Assembly (NCBI GenBank): GCA_036172245.1
Contig: JAYWIR010000007.1
Location: 4,588,001 to 4,652,000 of the forward strand
Reading direction: 5' to 3'
Source of the DNA: Raillietiella orientalis
Taxonomy: Eukaryota
Length of the DNA stretch: 64,000 nucleotides
Shown here: positions 49,419-63,600 of the stretch, piece after piece
Layout of the letters: the number at the start of each line of letters is the position of its first letter
Numbering within the stretch: position 1 is the stretch's first letter
Made by a program: the position numbers and the translations under genes
The notes under the pieces: model-generated
Told to the model about the DNA's origin: nothing
What the model saw: the letters and a program-made list of their open reading frames with translations, nothing else
Databases searched by the model: none

Positions 49419-52400
49419 CGCCGTCGTTGTGATGCGAGGTTCGAATAAATAGGTGCTGCAGACGAAATCAAGTGCAAACCTCCTCCGCATTCTGCTGAAT
49501 GAGGAATTCGTTTGATGCTCGATGGATAAACTTTTTTTAATGGTGCGCCAAGGTCAGACTGTATCTCGAACGACAGCTCCCTACCGCAGCTCCACTGGAA
49601 GTCATGTGACCTTCACGTCAGCGAGGAGGAGAATTTTTGGAAGGAAATTACCGCATGTGGGGAAGCGACGCTAAAGATAGTTTTACTGCTTGCAAATTGG
49701 TAGCACAACATGAGCGCCGCTTCCCAAGGGTAGGGAACGTGGATGTTGACGCAAACACGCGCATGCGCGCGCGGTGGCCGACGGGAGGGAGGGGGGGGGG
49801 GAAGGTAGTCGTTGGGTTCGGGGGAGGGAAACCGAAAAGAATGTTCCCAGCGTAACGGAAGACTCGGAAAGGCGGGCGGGGACGGCAGCAGCAGCGGCGG
49901 CGGCGGCGGCGGCGACGAAGGGCCGCGAAGGGCTCGGGCAGCGCGAAATAAAAGAAATGAAGAACCACCAGGAGAGAGGTCGAGGAGGATATCTTTTCTT
50001 CTCCTGCGTCCCCCTCCCAAGTCCGACGCCGGGGGGCAGTGCTTTGTGAGGCGAGCATCCCTGCCATCCCGTTGGCCTTTCCCAGAACTGGGAACTTTGA
50101 ACCGGTCTGATCACCGCTGCTGGCGGTGTCTCGCCCTTAACCAGCGGTGCGCGATGTGCTTCCGCGTAGGGTTGCGAGGAATTGCCCTCTTGGGACGCCG
50201 GCCCGAGCGGTTCTCGTACGCGCATCATTAGGTCAGACGCAGTGTCCCGTAAAATCACTTCTTCCGGACACGGTTTGGTGGTTCTCCTGTTACTGTTACT
50301 CCTTCGTGCCGCCATTCTTCCTCCCCGGATTTCCAAACCCGGGCTTACGCTCCGGAGTGATCTGGTTCCCTGAATGCCTTCCGGGATACCTGCCCAAGCC
50401 TTTGCGCGGCCATGCAGTGGGGGTGGGGGGGAGGCCTTTCGGTCCGCCCGTCGTTGCCGTCGCATTTGCTGAGCTTCTTTGCCTCACTCCGAGTCGCGCT
50501 GCACAGTTCGTGGCGGCGACCCCCCATTGCGGCGGGGGATGCGTGGAAGCCGTCCGCGCCGTGGCAAGAAACTCGCAGTTCGGTCTTGGGGGGGGGGGGA
50601 AGAAACCCGAGTGTGGATCGGTGCGTCCCCCCGGCCCCTCGCCCTGTGGCGGCACGCTGCCTACAAGTCCCCATCGCGGGGTCGGTCCACAACGAACGAT
50701 ACACCGATCTGTCGTCCATCTTTCGATTCTTCGGTGGAGCAGACGGTTTTCCCCGTCCTCTGCGGCGTACTTAAGCTCCAGCTGACATCCGAGTTACTAA
50801 AATTTCAGGTTCCCCATTTTTTTTTTCCTTCTTCTTTTCTTTTTTCTTTTTTTGCGTCTTGGATCTGTGGGAACGCAGCATTCTTATAACGGGAAAGCTA
50901 ATTTGATGGCCTAAGGGTTCCGAATGCTTCGAATGATTTGGAACGGATCATGGAATGAAAGTGCTTGCATGATGTATGACAAGGTCTCATGTACCAGAAT
51001 CATTCTCGCCGTCTCTTCCCCCCCTTCCTGCGTGGAATGACTGCGGAGGTTTCGCCGTTCTCTTTCCTTTGGGGGGGGGGGGGGGGGGGGGATGCAACGA
51101 AGTACAGCAAGCGAGTGAGTCCTTTGCAGGCCATTGGGTTTTTCGTTTTACTTTGGCTGAGGGGCTTTTGATTTGAGGCTGCGCTCTGATTTCGCATGTT
51201 GAGAGGGAGCTCAGTGAATAGGGAGGAATCGTAGGTTTCTCGCTGGGATTGGCACAGAGGCTGTTCTTTCCACATGGCCACGGTGCAGTCGTACGTGCGG
51301 AACCTGAAAGGTGCAGAAAACTAACATTCGGGGGGTTATGCAAAAGAGAGGGAAAAAAAAGTTCAGTCTGGAGGGGGTGGGGGGAGGGTGCATGCATCAG
51401 CATGTTACTACATGCATTTCATTTCCAGATTCCGCATTCCTGTGTGCATTTTTCCTTTTTTTTCCTTTTTTTTGCCAGCGGTGTCAAGGTTGCGAGACAA
51501 GTGTGTGTGTGTGTGTGTGTTTTAACCTATCTGTCCGTTTGGCTCTATACCAGTTTTTTCCTCCAACATTTCCGTTACCATTGAAGATGGGAAACGCAGC
51601 TTCCGTTCTAAACACATGAATCGTTTCAAGGAATCCCTTAATAAGTCCTCGATTCCTCAAGGGGTTCTTTTGCACACGCCATTGAGCAGTTCACCCATAG
51701 CATAAGCTGATGTTGCTTTGTATACCATTAGGTGTTTCGTTAGATTTATTTGCTGTCCAAAGTACCGCAATCTTCTCCTCTAAGTATGCGCTTTGCCGCC
51801 AAATAAAGAAAAAGAAAAAGAACGGCGGGCGAGAGGAGTGCTTTGCGACTTGGGATGAAAATTTCCGGACTCTCTCCCGCCACGCTTTTTTTTTTTTTTT
51901 TTTTCCCCCGTCCGTGATGTGCATGGAATCTCAATCCAGTGCACACTTCCCGGCAGCGGTCATCTGGTGCGCCGACCGCACCCGCGTTTTCGGTGGGGAT
52001 TCCGGTGAGCGGAGCAAAGGGGTCGTGGGGCGGAGGTGCCTTCGCAGCGCTGGAAGCAGCAGCCTGCGGGAAATCCGCCTTTCCGATGAGCGAAAACGTG
52101 GGACCGCGCGGATGCGACAGCCGCAGAAGTTTCTAAAAGTCCGTGGTGTAATACGTTCCCTCCCCCTTCCCCCCCCCCCTCTCCCCCACAACCGGTTTTA
52201 ACTTGTGGTTGGATTTTAAAAGATGCAAAGAGTGCGCGATGCTGTGGAGCGAACTCTCGTGAGGAGCCTTCGAGTCACGACTGATGTATAGGCATTCTCG
52301 AGAGGATTCGTTTTTTTTTTTTTTTTTTTTTTTCTTTCTTTCTCCTTTTTCGTTGCATTTCCGGAAAACCAAGATGGTGGCGAGGGGTGTTCGAGTTCAC

Positions 52401-52969
52401 TGTTCTCAGCAACGCGGCCGAATATTGGATTTTCCCAAAGTTTTCCGGTTACCGCATGCGAACGCTGGATTACGTTGCATTTTCATCAAGGGATCCTTTC
52501 GCCGCCGCAACCGGATGGACCACGGCTGCCGCATGGCTTCTTAATGGAGCGGATGGTCCGGTTGCCATGAGACCGTAAGAGACCGTAACCACCTGAAAAG
52601 TAGATTTCTCGTGCGCGTACCGTCCATGCGACGTTTCGTTCGACGTTTTCCATTCGGGTTTGCCTAGCGGGAAAAAAAAAAAAAAAAACCCGTGCACCAG
52701 TAAGCGAAAAACAGTGGCTCCAGCATCGTTGCTCCAGCATCACGCCTTCGAGATACGCTCATCCCAGTACGTGGCAGGAGGCCAGCCAGAGCCATCGGCT
52801 GCCGTGCAGATGGCCCGCGTTTCCCAGCTCGGTGCGCTTCTCCCGCGAGGGGCGCGGTCCGAAGCGTCCTCTGATCCTCAGGACGCCCGGCAAAATGCGC
52901 TTTGCATTCCTTTCCGTTTCCTCGCGTCCTTTTTCCCCCGCCGCGTGTGACATGGTGTTTGTCTTTCAG

Positions 52970-53815
52970 GGGCTGGATCTTTGCGGTGCAACTCTTGACC
53001 AAAAGAAGCAGTACATTTCCCAGCAGTTGTCTCTCTCAGAATGTCGCCCAGACGATCAACCTCTGAATTTGTCCTTGGAACGCATCTACGTAACTTCTCA
53101 GCAGAAGATTATAAACCATGTCATCGAGATGTGTATGGATTCCCTGGTTTCCTCCCGGTCAGACATTTGCACCCGTGCCAGTTTGATTGATGCCCGCATC
53201 GATCAGCAATCGGATAGTGGTCTTAGCAGCGAGAGCCCCAGCGGCGATTCTCAAGCTCAAGCCTGTAACGTGTCTCCCCATTCTGAATGCCGAGTCAGTA
53301 GCACCAGTAGTGGTACCGGTAGCCCTCCCAACTCTGGACCAGGGGAAGCAACCATAGAAGTGGCAGACAGCACCGAAGACTTTGAGATAGATTCGGTCGG
53401 AGATGGCCGTCCGAAGCGAAAGCTGAAGAGGAGGCGCTTGAAACACGTGACGAAGAGGAAGCCGGTCGACCAGGCGCTGGTCGGCGTAAAAAATCCCACC
53501 AAGAAAAACGTCACGAAGAACTCGGACAGCAGGTCAGTGGATTGTGGGAAGGTTTCGGACAAGCAGTGCAGTCGAAAAATAGGTTTTGGATGTACTGATA
53601 GTAATAGCTCGAACCCGAACTCTGACCCCAGTTCAGCACGCGGTCGTTCGTGTAAGCCCGGGGGCGATGAGGGTGAAAGGAGGAGGAGGAACAGGAAGGT
53701 TGCTCATTTTCGCGATCTTTTCGTGTGCCACCTGGTGGCCCATTTCTCGATCCTCGAGGCCCGCCTACGCACACCTGACACATCCGTCCCGGAAACCACG
53801 AGTGGTATCTTTTAA
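52970..53815 (+). CDS. Large (probably terminal) exon of the same gene: QPLNLS CtBP-type motif, QQKIINHVIE helix, Ser-rich region, basic NLS-like RPKRKLKRRRLK
   Basis: tttgtctttcag acceptor in phase 0. ORF 52832-53815 is less GC-extreme than its flanks and looks like a disordered nuclear protein. The 3' end is uncertain (possible donors near 53652 and 53699). Confidence 0.78.
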   Translation, partial: GLDLCGATLDQKKQYISQQLSLSECRPDDQPLNLSLERIYVTSQQKIINHVIEMCMDSLVSSRSDICTRASLIDARIDQQSDSGLSSESPSGDSQAQACNVSPHSECRVSSTSSGTGSPPNSGPGEATIEVADSTEDFEIDSVGDGRPKRKLKRRRLKHVTKRKPVDQALVGVKNPTKKNVTKNSDSRSVDCGKVSDKQCSRKIGFGCTDSNSSNPNSDPSSARGRSCKPGGDEGERRRRNRKVAHFRDLFVCHLVAHFSILEARLRTPDTSVPETTSGIF

Positions 53816-56208
53816 GTAATCAGTGAATGCGCTATTAGGAAATGTTTTGATTTCACATTGATATTGTTTCTCTTATTCGATTGCCCCTTCTTTTCCTCCC
53901 CCACCCCTGAACAAGCACAAAGCCTGATCTGCCTGCTGTCGCCTTTTTCTTGCCGGTAAAGCCTCGCTGTGGTTTCCTCTTCTTACCAATCTTCTTCGTC
54001 CCTGGCGATGTCGATGCAGAGGTCTTTCGGCTGCATCTCCTTTGGCGCTTGTGCGGATGACATTGGACGCAATGTTGTTGCTGTTGTTGTTTGTACCCCC
54101 CACCCCGTATTTTGTGCAAGCCATCATTCCGAAAGCCGAAGCTGTTGATCAGACATCGGCACCGGAGGCTGGATCAGTGCTTTCTCCCTTCCCGTAATGG
54201 GACTGACCAGCCCGTCTGCAAGCACGTTGTGAATTTGGCGGTGCTCCGTGCCGGTGGCACCTTGCGGTGCACGGTGTTTGCGGATGCTCCCGAAGTTTCT
54301 CTCCCGAGCAAGTCTTTGCTCTTCCGGCTGATGTTTGGAAGAAATGCCCGAAAAATCGTGGGAAGCTTCGTCTCTCAGGAGATGCTAACGTAAAATCGGT
54401 GCCCCCCCCCCTCCCCCCCTTCAGAGTTCCTTCGCTTCCAATCCCGTTGATTGGATTCACAGCGTGGGCTCGGAGCTTTCATGCGAGATGTACAATACGT
54501 GCTTTGTACGTAGAGGAATCATTAAGCGAAAACGTATTTCAAAGATGCGAGTAGCCGGTCCACATCCAGTGACCACTCAACGCTAATGTGACGCGAGTTT
54601 GCGAGACCCTCCCCCCCTCCCCGTGCCCGGCATTCGTACCTAATGGAACCTGCCTCCCCTATCCAGGCGGCGGTGCCTGGTCGTGGGTGCGGAACGTGTG
54701 CTTTTCCAGCCTTGGACGTAGCCACACGGCATGTGTGTTTGGTTACCCCCCGCCCCGGCCCATTTCCTTGCGAAGGGAATGCCACCCACACGCCGTGTCG
54801 CAGTTCACCGGCAGAGTCTTCTGCGCCCCCAGGATCCGTTTCTGACCTTTCCGTGCTAAGTGGGTTGAGGTAACACTGGGGGCGCAGATATGATTTCGAT
54901 CGCACCATCTCATTTCTCCCCCCCCCCTTTTTTTTTTTTCCTCTTTTTGCTGTTTTCTCCTTTTCGCCAAGGGGCGCTTTGCTTTTGTTCGGAATGGCGT
55001 CTCAATTGCATGTCGCTTCGCCGATGATTGAGACTTTCTTCTTGCGGTTCGAATGTGGCGGTCCCATTCCCTATTGGAACATCCGATGGAACGGAGTCGG
55101 TGCGGTTACCGCGTGCCCTGCGGCCTTCCTTCGCCGAACTGCGACGGCCGCGTCGCGTGCCCGGGGGAGCCCCCCCTTCCGTTCCCGTGTCGTGGTGGTG
55201 TGCCGCAGCACGCCGTAGGGCGCGTCGCCGCGGCAGCCCCGGGAATCGAAGGCCCCGGAACCCAAACCGCAGCAGCAGTGGTTCCCAAGATTCGGCGCAC
55301 TGTGTTCTCACGGAGATTGGGAGGAGCTCCACCCTTAATCCCGGCAACCAGGACGTTTCCCCCGGTGACGAGCACGCGGTGCGCGTCGTTCAAGTGGGTC
55401 GGTTGCCGCGACTGCCGTTTCGGGAATACGTTCCCCGCTGCTCGCATTATGGTCAAAAGCTTTCCAATGCAGCTGACGAGGAAAGTGTTTCGCCGTGTTG
55501 AAAAAATGTGTTGAGTCATCGGATCGTCGCCTAGGCGATCGCGCTGCCGTGAAGTGCATAGCAGCAGTAGCAGCTGCGCGGATTTCAGTGTACGCGTTGC
55601 AACACCACGCGAAGAAATGAAAGGCGGCCGAGGAAAGCCGTACACCGTCACGTGCCCGGACGTTCCCCATTTCGCGTGTGCACCCCGGCGTTGAATTTCG
55701 CTATCGTCAGCCTCTCTACTTTCCATCTTGTTCAACCCCTTCCTCCCGCGGGAGTGCTTTTTGCGGTGAACGGCGGAAGACGGGACAGCTCGCTTCCGGC
55801 AAGCGTTTCACTTGGGAACAACACGTGCACGCGCAGTGATGCCATGCATATACTACTTGCATGCGTGTGTACGCACATGTACGCTCGCGTACGCACGCAC
55901 AAAGAACGATGACAGAAGCCCTCTCTCACGATGCCTAACAGCGTCTCTTCGTGGGCACGAGTTGAGGTTTTGCGCAAAGTTTTTGGGCTGCAATTTCTAT
56001 CGATTTCTCCACTTGCCATTACGGTGCATTCCATTTCCGCTCTAGTGATGGTGTACATCCGCACAGATGATGTGTTCTCGGGAGACGGCCATGTCGGCTG
56101 CCATCGGTGTCCATATTTGTTGCCGCCGGCGTCAGGAACTTCGCTTTGTGAAATACCGTTCTTCGAAGCCATTCTTCTTCTCTTTCTTATGCCTTCGGTT
56201 TCTCTTCT

Positions 56209-56251
<43 letters not shown>

Positions 56252-59200
56252 ATTTTCAGTTTTAGTCGGGCGGAGTTTGCTTCTCTTCTTGTTCTTCTTC
56301 TTCCTATTGCGGTAAGTTGTCAGCTCGACCGGTGCTACCATTACAGCTGCCCTTCGCGGCCCACTTTCTTTTTGCGAGAGTGTGCCACTGTGGGTTTGGA
56401 TTGCTTTGACGATACGCTTCGCTTCGTGTCGTTACCATGGCATCTTGTCCGTTCCAGCTTTCCTTCCCACAGAATTGCTTGTGCTTTTTGGTAATCGTTT
56501 CAGGAGTTAATGCCGTCCACTTCTGGTGCTGATTGCGCGTCGGCGAAACCGCGTTCGGAATTGGGTGGACGCGAAGCTTTCCGTTTCCTATCGGGATCTT
56601 TCCTTCCCGCCTCTTTAGGACTTTAGCTACGGGGCTGCATTCTCTATCAGAAAGTCCTCCCCCCCCCTCCTCTTCTTTGTAGAAGAGACAAAAACGCTTT
56701 GATTGCAGCGAACGGAGTGCAGAAAGACCCGGGAAGCGGAAGATCCGCACGATCCTGATCCATGCATCCGAGCTTCCCCCGCAATAAGAAAAGATGATTG
56801 CATGGGATCGTATCTAGGCTGCTCCGGTCGGCATGAGTACACCCGTACTTTCACAAGATGCCTGCATTCAGGTCGTTAGTGGGGGCGTACTTAACTCAGT
56901 TTTCATCCCATTGCTTGGGCGCCCTGGGATTCTGCGTCTTCAGACAACCATCTTATCTTTGATTCCGTTTTCGTGCAAACAGCGTACTTCCGTTGGCCGA
57001 TCGACCGGCGATGGTGTTGCCAGCGCTTGCAGCATGCTAAATGTGTCAGACGTTTTCTAGACCGAGCCCAGAAACGACGGAGGTGGCAAAAACAAAAAAA
57101 AAAGGGGGGTGGGGAATCCCCACGACGGATTTCGAAGCGTTTTGAAACGGCAGACAGCGGGAGCGTAGGTCTTACTGACCGTGGATCGGTTTCCATGCCA
57201 ATGCCCGTTTCGCGCACGAAAAAAAGAAAAAAGGAGCGCAGCAAAACTGTTGCTGCGAGGTTTCTTCTGATAGAGCGGTTGCGGATGGTCTTCGTGTTTT
57301 CCGGAGGTTCATTTCTCTTCTTTCCATTTCGGCAGTCGATCATGCGAAGGTTGGCCAGCCAGCCACCTCGGCCACCTTCACACATGCCGTTTTCTTTCCA
57401 CCTTTCTTCCTACGTCCGTACGCAGACAGCTCATCGTCTTCCCGATGGTTATCTGTCCCGCCAAAATTAGTCGCAGAAGCACGCGGGTTCCGTTTCCTGG
57501 TTTCGTTGCTCTTTCGCTTGACGCTTGCTGCCACCGTTTTGGGGAGGCAGCAGCGCCTTGGGAACAGGCCCGCCCTCTCTTCCCATCGTCTTCGGCGCGC
57601 GAATGCCCGACGGCTTCCGGCCCACGTTCCTTTGCCAACGTCTTTGGGCAACCGCCGCTCCACAGTCGAGCAGTATTGGCGATGGTGGTGGTGGACAGGT
57701 GACCTGTAGGTGAGATCAGCTACCCGGGCACCACCCATCACGGATGGACCGCGCCCGTATGCACGAGCTTCGGACAAGGAACCTCTTTTCGGAGGAGGGA
57801 GGGCTATCCGCCGAAACAAACGGTTGCTCTCAGGAGGAAGAACGGGAAGTGCTCTCTGAGAGAAACCAAGTTGGCGAGCAGTGCGAGCCCTCTTCTTGTC
57901 TCGCGCTTCACGGTTCCGTTTTTCGCGAGCACATTCTCAGGAAAGGTTTGTGAAAGGTGTGCGTTGTTTGTGACCCGCCACTGTGCCGCGGGGTTTGCCG
58001 TCGGGCGATGAACGCGAAGCATCTCTTTCGGTCGTTTCCGGCAACCCGCTTTCTCCCAGCAAAGACCAAGGAGCGATACCAGGAGCTGCACTCGACCTCT
58101 CCTGGGGTCGGTCGAGCAAGAGGCAGTTCCGTTGCCCAGGAGTTTCTTGTTGCCGCCGTCCCGTCTCGTCTTGCTCCGCCCGTTCTTGCTCCTGGCATGG
58201 CGCAGGGCCGGAACAGAGAGATCCTCGTTTCAGAGGAGCGACAGCACGCGAAGAGGCTGTGCGTACCTGGATCACGTAGGCGAGCACCGCTTCCTACGTG
58301 GTCCAGCCACCCCGAGGCAAAACAGAAAGGAACGCCGTTCGCCAATCGAGAAGGGGGGGGGGGGGAGGGGACAGCTTCATGCGGTCTCCCTCTGCGCGCG
58401 TGCGTTTTTCCGGAAGGCGCAGCGATGGCGATGCGAAGTGGCACGCAGTGCCGGGAATGCTTCGTCGATAGTCCTGGGATAATTACAAAAACCATCCTTC
58501 TCGTCGGAGGGCGAAGGGAGGAGATCCGTTGTTACAGCATCTCGTTTTCGTAACTCTAAAAGTAGTAAATAGTAGTAGAACGCTAATGGACGAGCAATCA
58601 AGTTTAACGACCCCACGAAGAACTGCGTAACGAACTTTTCCGCTTGTGTTTAATAACCTGTTTAATAAGAGCGACTGGGGGGATCTTTGCCCAGTGCATT
58701 CCCGAATGTCTTCTTCTCTCAGCTTCGTTGACGGTGGGCTTTATCCTCTGCCGACAGGGCAAGGCAGCAGCACAGCGCTGGGGGAGGAGGGTGGGGGTGG
58801 CGGCTCCGAAGCGACGGTCCTGGGATCGCGCGGATCCCGCCGCCTTGCGTTCCCGAGACGCGGCGTCCCAGCCGTGTCTGAACGAAAGGTGCAGCAGCAT
58901 ATCAGCGGGAAGATTTGCAGCATCCATTAGCCCCACTGCCCGTTAGGGGAAATCATTCTCCCGTTTGCCACGAGCCATCGTCCTCGCTATCCCTCGACGA
59001 TCCGCGATGCGGTTATCTGCAGCGAATCGCTTTCCTCGGAGGTGAGAGGACCTCCTTAATCAGGCGTGTTGCGTAAAAAGAAAAAAAGGAAGAAAAAAAA
59101 AAAAAAAGTGCAAGTGCAGACATGGTGATCCTGTTGTTTCTCGTTTTCCTCAAATTACGCAGGCATCACGATGGATTCTTTCGAAATCCCCCCTCCCCCT

Positions 59201-60671
59201 CTCCCCCGGCTGCTTGGCGATTCTGCTTAAAAGCGAGCCACAAGATGAATTGTGCAAGCCCGTAGGGCCAGGCGGTGTTGCCACAAGCCGCGAACTCGCT
59301 GCGCAAAAGTGCCGTTTCCTCCCGCCGAGTGCACTTCGGGCACTCCGATCCGCCGCGCAGAAGAAGAAGAAGGAGAAAGGCACGCGAAGAAGATCCGTTC
59401 GCACGCATCCCCCCTGCGCCGGCTCCCGCTGCCGCCAGGGGCTTCTTCCGACCCGGCCCCCCCGCGCCAGCCGGGCCCGTCGCGGCAGCCCTTCCTGCCC
59501 CCACTTGCTCCACTTTGCGCGCCGTAAGGTCACAGCAGTCGGGGGAATGTGAAACTCTAGCAGCTTCTCCCGTTTCCCTGGCGGCGCTGCTGCCGCAGCA
59601 CGCACGCAGGTCCCCCCCCCCCCCCCCCCGAAATCAAGGTCTGGCATCACCCGCGTGCGCGTTCGAATTTCAAGTCTGCGGCTTCGGGGAACCTCCGATT
59701 CGCCTAGAAGGCACGTCCGGGAAGGTCCGCGCGTCTCCTTTTCAAGGATCCCTCTCCGCCTTTCATGGCCCGGATGAGTCCCTGGATCCCCGGGGTGTGC
59801 ATGCAGTGGTGGCGGCCAGCTTTCTTCGACCCGCCCTCGATGTACTCTGTAGGTGCAAAATGGCACGTCTCGGTCGTGGTGGCTTTGCAGAGACCCCCCG
59901 CGTTGCTTTGGGTCGAGCCACTCTGTGCCTGGCGGCGGGATTGAAGGGCGGCTACTGTGGCAGAGAGGATGGAAAAGCCTACGCGTGGCCACTTGAGAGC
60001 GCGCGCGAAGAGGATAAAAGACCATTGCAGTTACCGATGTTGACGTGATCTTCTTCTTTCTCGGGGGGGGGGGGGAGTCCGGTAATGGTAGTAGTAAGGG
60101 GAGGTTTGCATTCCGGGTCTCTCGTGCTGCCGCTCTCCCCTTCCTTGGCAGACGCTCCTCTTCCTGCAACACCGTGTGTTCCTTCTCGTCCGACCATAGA
60201 CGTTCCTCCTCGGTTTTCCCGAAGGGGGGAAAGTGCTCCTTCTCCCCTAAATACGTAAGAAGTATGCGTTGTGTTGGGTTTAGTGCGGGGCGGCGGCGGC
60301 GAGTTGGATCTCCTTTGACGCAAACGTGAGGCTCGCTGTTAGCTCCGAGCAGCAGACCTAGCCGCAGGGGGTTTCATCGGAAATCACGGTTGCGCTGCAT
60401 TTTGAAAGAACCACACTGACTTGTTTTCCGTTTTTGCCCAGGTACCGAAACGCGAAAATTCCGAACGTCACGAGAAAGTCCAGCTTATCGAAAAAGAAGC
60501 CGTCAGTTGGGTATTCCAGCCGTGGAGCCAGCAAAACTCTAAGCTAATTCTTATAGGTGAGTTGAAGTCCCCCCCCCCCTCCCCCCCACCCACCATGCTA
60601 GTCAGTGACGGAGGTCGTCCCACCGACGCGAGCGCATCGAGTAGACGGGAGACGTGCGGGGCCATCTTTTT

Positions 60672-60690
60672 GCGCGCGCGCGCGCGCGCG
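60672..60690. repeat. Alternating (GC)9 tract
   Basis: gcgcgcgcgcgcgcgcgcg read directly from the sequence. Confidence 0.93.
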
Positions 60691-63600
60691 GACATGTTTT
60701 TTCTAGCCTCTGCGCCACCGCTGCAGTCTCACCGTGGCCGGCGCGGAAAGCGCCCCTCGCGGCGAGGGCAGTTTCCTCCAAGAAAGCGTCCCCATTGTTA
60801 CGCGCAGAAAATGGCTGCCGCCTGAAAGTTGCGCCCTTCCTCCCTCTTTCCGCCCAAGCTGGGGGATGTGTTGGTGTCGTGGAGGGCGCTCTCTGTCCCT
60901 ATTCGTGTTTCCCGTGCACACACGTCCCCGCGTTGCTGCATTCCTGGCTAGCGCGCTCCTTTGCCGATGTTATGTAACTTGGCGTGCCTCCGCTATGTAA
61001 TCCTGCCGAGAGCTTGGCGCCATGATTGTCCTGAGAGTCAGTTCTGTGATCCTTTCTTTTTTTTTTTAAAAAAAAAAAAAATCTAATGAATTTCATTGCT
61101 TGTGTTTGATTGCTAAGCATTTTCTCGCAATTTGCATGAACTGCAAAAATTTTGAATGTTTGCAGGTGATTGAAAAGAAGTAAATAGTTTCTTTCAGTGT
61201 CCGGTTAGCTGATGTGTAACGGGATGATTTTCCAATCAAAAAAAGATAAAAAGAAAAAAACCACAAAAAAAAAGGGGGGGAAGAAGAAATCATTGGAAGA
61301 AGTTTTTTGAGTTCTTCGCATATCATCTTAGCCATTCCTAATAATTTCCTTTCGTTTTCCAAATTCATTAATGCATTGGAATGTAAATGTATGCATTGTG
61401 GAAGAGAAATCACGTGGCGCTTGGTTTTTCTCGACAGCATGTGTCTCGGTGATTGGTCCTGGTGTCCAAGCGGAAGACTTTCTGTGTCACAGCACCACCA
61501 GTTGTTGATTGCCCCTCGAAACCAAGTTCTGATTGTGTCTTGCGAACCTCCTCCTCCCCCCACCCCCACCCCCACCCCTCCGGAAGTGGCGGCGGCAGCA
61601 GCCCACCCACGCTCTTTTTGGAGGGGGGGGGGGGCAGTGACTGGCTGCTGTTCGGCGTTGCAGAAGTGACCACCCGAAGAACTGCAGAAGCCAAGGAAGA
61701 GCAACGTGTACGTAGGCAAGACGTCCCGTACACTGTCCTTATGTTTGTGCTTCCTGGTGCAATGGCTGACCACCGCAGCCAGCTCGTAACTGTTACCTGG
61801 CTCCAGTAGTCATGGGGACGCCCTGCCGAACTTGTTTTTAACTTAGAGAGAAAATGATTGCGGTTTGTTCATTCAGTGTTTCTAATGGAAGGTTGTTGCG
61901 ATTAATTTATATTGTTCATTACCACAATATAGTATCAAATACAGTAACATTTTGCTTAATTGTGGATTGGGTGGAAAGGAAGAATTGGAGTCCCACGTGC
62001 TTGAAAGAAGTACGTGGTCGAGGTGGAGGTGAACAGTTTGTATCAGTTATCTCCAGGCCAAGACCTCCGCAGCATCCCAGTGCGTTCCCGTTGCCGTGTG
62101 CTTCTTCTTCCTTCCCTGCTGGACGTTTGTTTGTTTTGTTTACATGTGTGATGAAAAATTGGTTTCTGCTCTTTAGAACGGACGGATGGCACGCGAGAAG
62201 GTGCGTCCCTGGCAAGGTGCTCCGTTCCCGCGCACCAGAGCAGTGCTGCGGGCTGCGGTCAGGAGTGGCCCTCCCCTATCCTTCCCGCGGGCGTTCCTCT
62301 CAACTCCCGCAGGAGCCGCGACGTCCGTTCGCAGAGGCAGCGGCGGGGAGAGCCGATCTGCTGCGCCGACCCTTTTGCGGAGCTTCTTCCCGTGGACCGT
62401 GTGGACGTTTGCCGGCCTGCGTGAGTTGTCATCCGTCGCCTTGGGAACCGCATCCGTCCCCTCCGTCCGACCGACGGAGGAGTGTCCGTGAGCACTCCGT
62501 TTCCTCCGGCCAAGCCGAGTGTCTCTTCCCGCTGGGAAGCAGCGTGTTGCAGTTCCCACGGGTTCGCGTGCTTTCCTGTGGACCCCCCCCCCTCTGACCC
62601 GCGTCCCCTGGCGTTTTAGCCATGTCGATTATCCCGAATCACTGATATGTTAACATGGAGAATGGTGCGTGCGTTCTGAGAACCCCCGGTCGCCCGGCTG
62701 CTTCTGCCAAAAAAGCGCTCTCTCTCTCTTTTTTGTCACCCCGGTGATTCCTCAGGAGATCTTTCGCGACTTTCGGCTGCATTTCTTCTTCACTGCAGTG
62801 GGATTTCGCATCCGAAGGCTTCCGTGAACAAAAAAGAAAAAGAGAGAACCGAGGATATCTAGTTCCACGTTTCGTTCTTTCCGTTGCGTGGGAGTTGCTC
62901 CCCTCGTGTGCCGCGGAAGTGCGGGGGTAGGGGGGGGGGGGTAGGGACGTTGCCGAGGAAACGGGAAGAAGATCCAGCGTCATCCCTTCCAGTTTAACTC
63001 TCGACGACGCTGATTTCTTCCCCGTCGGCCCCCTGCGCCTCCGCTTCGCGTCTTCTGAGACGCGTGCTCCTTCCTCCTCCTGGGCAGGCCGTGCGCTCCG
63101 CGCGAACAAAGAGCTGTGCACGGGATGATGGCATGCGTGGGAGGTCACTGACAATTTGGAAATTCATTTGTCTTGGAAACGGGCGCAATCTGCGCCACAC
63201 GTGCCGGGTGCCGTGGCGTGCCAAGGGCGGTTCGGCGTGCGAGCGTGGTGGTATCCCCAGTCCCTCCCGCCCGCCCATCCCGCTCTCATCCCCTCGCAGG
63301 AAAGATGCCACCCCCGTCCCGACCTTGCAGCTTCCTCAACCCCCGCCTATCCCGATTAAAAGTAACCCCCAAAAACGGGGGAGGGGGGGGGGAAGGGGCA
63401 GCTGCCGAGGCAACGTGGGGGGCAAAAGCGCGAATGGGAAGCGAACGTATCTCCGAGTACGCGTGAGATGATGAAGATAACGATGCTACAAGGCAGGGTG
63501 TCCACACCGCGGTTAGGGTGTTGCCACTTCCGTCTGCAGTTCCGAGCCGGCCGCAACGGTCCGGGGAGGAAGGAAGGAAGCCGCCGCCCTCCCCCTCCCC

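Noticed and set aside
49356..49907. 23-bp perfect inverted complementarity between 49356-49378 and 49885-49907
   Set aside because: Both arms are trinucleotide microsatellites, so complementarity is expected by chance.
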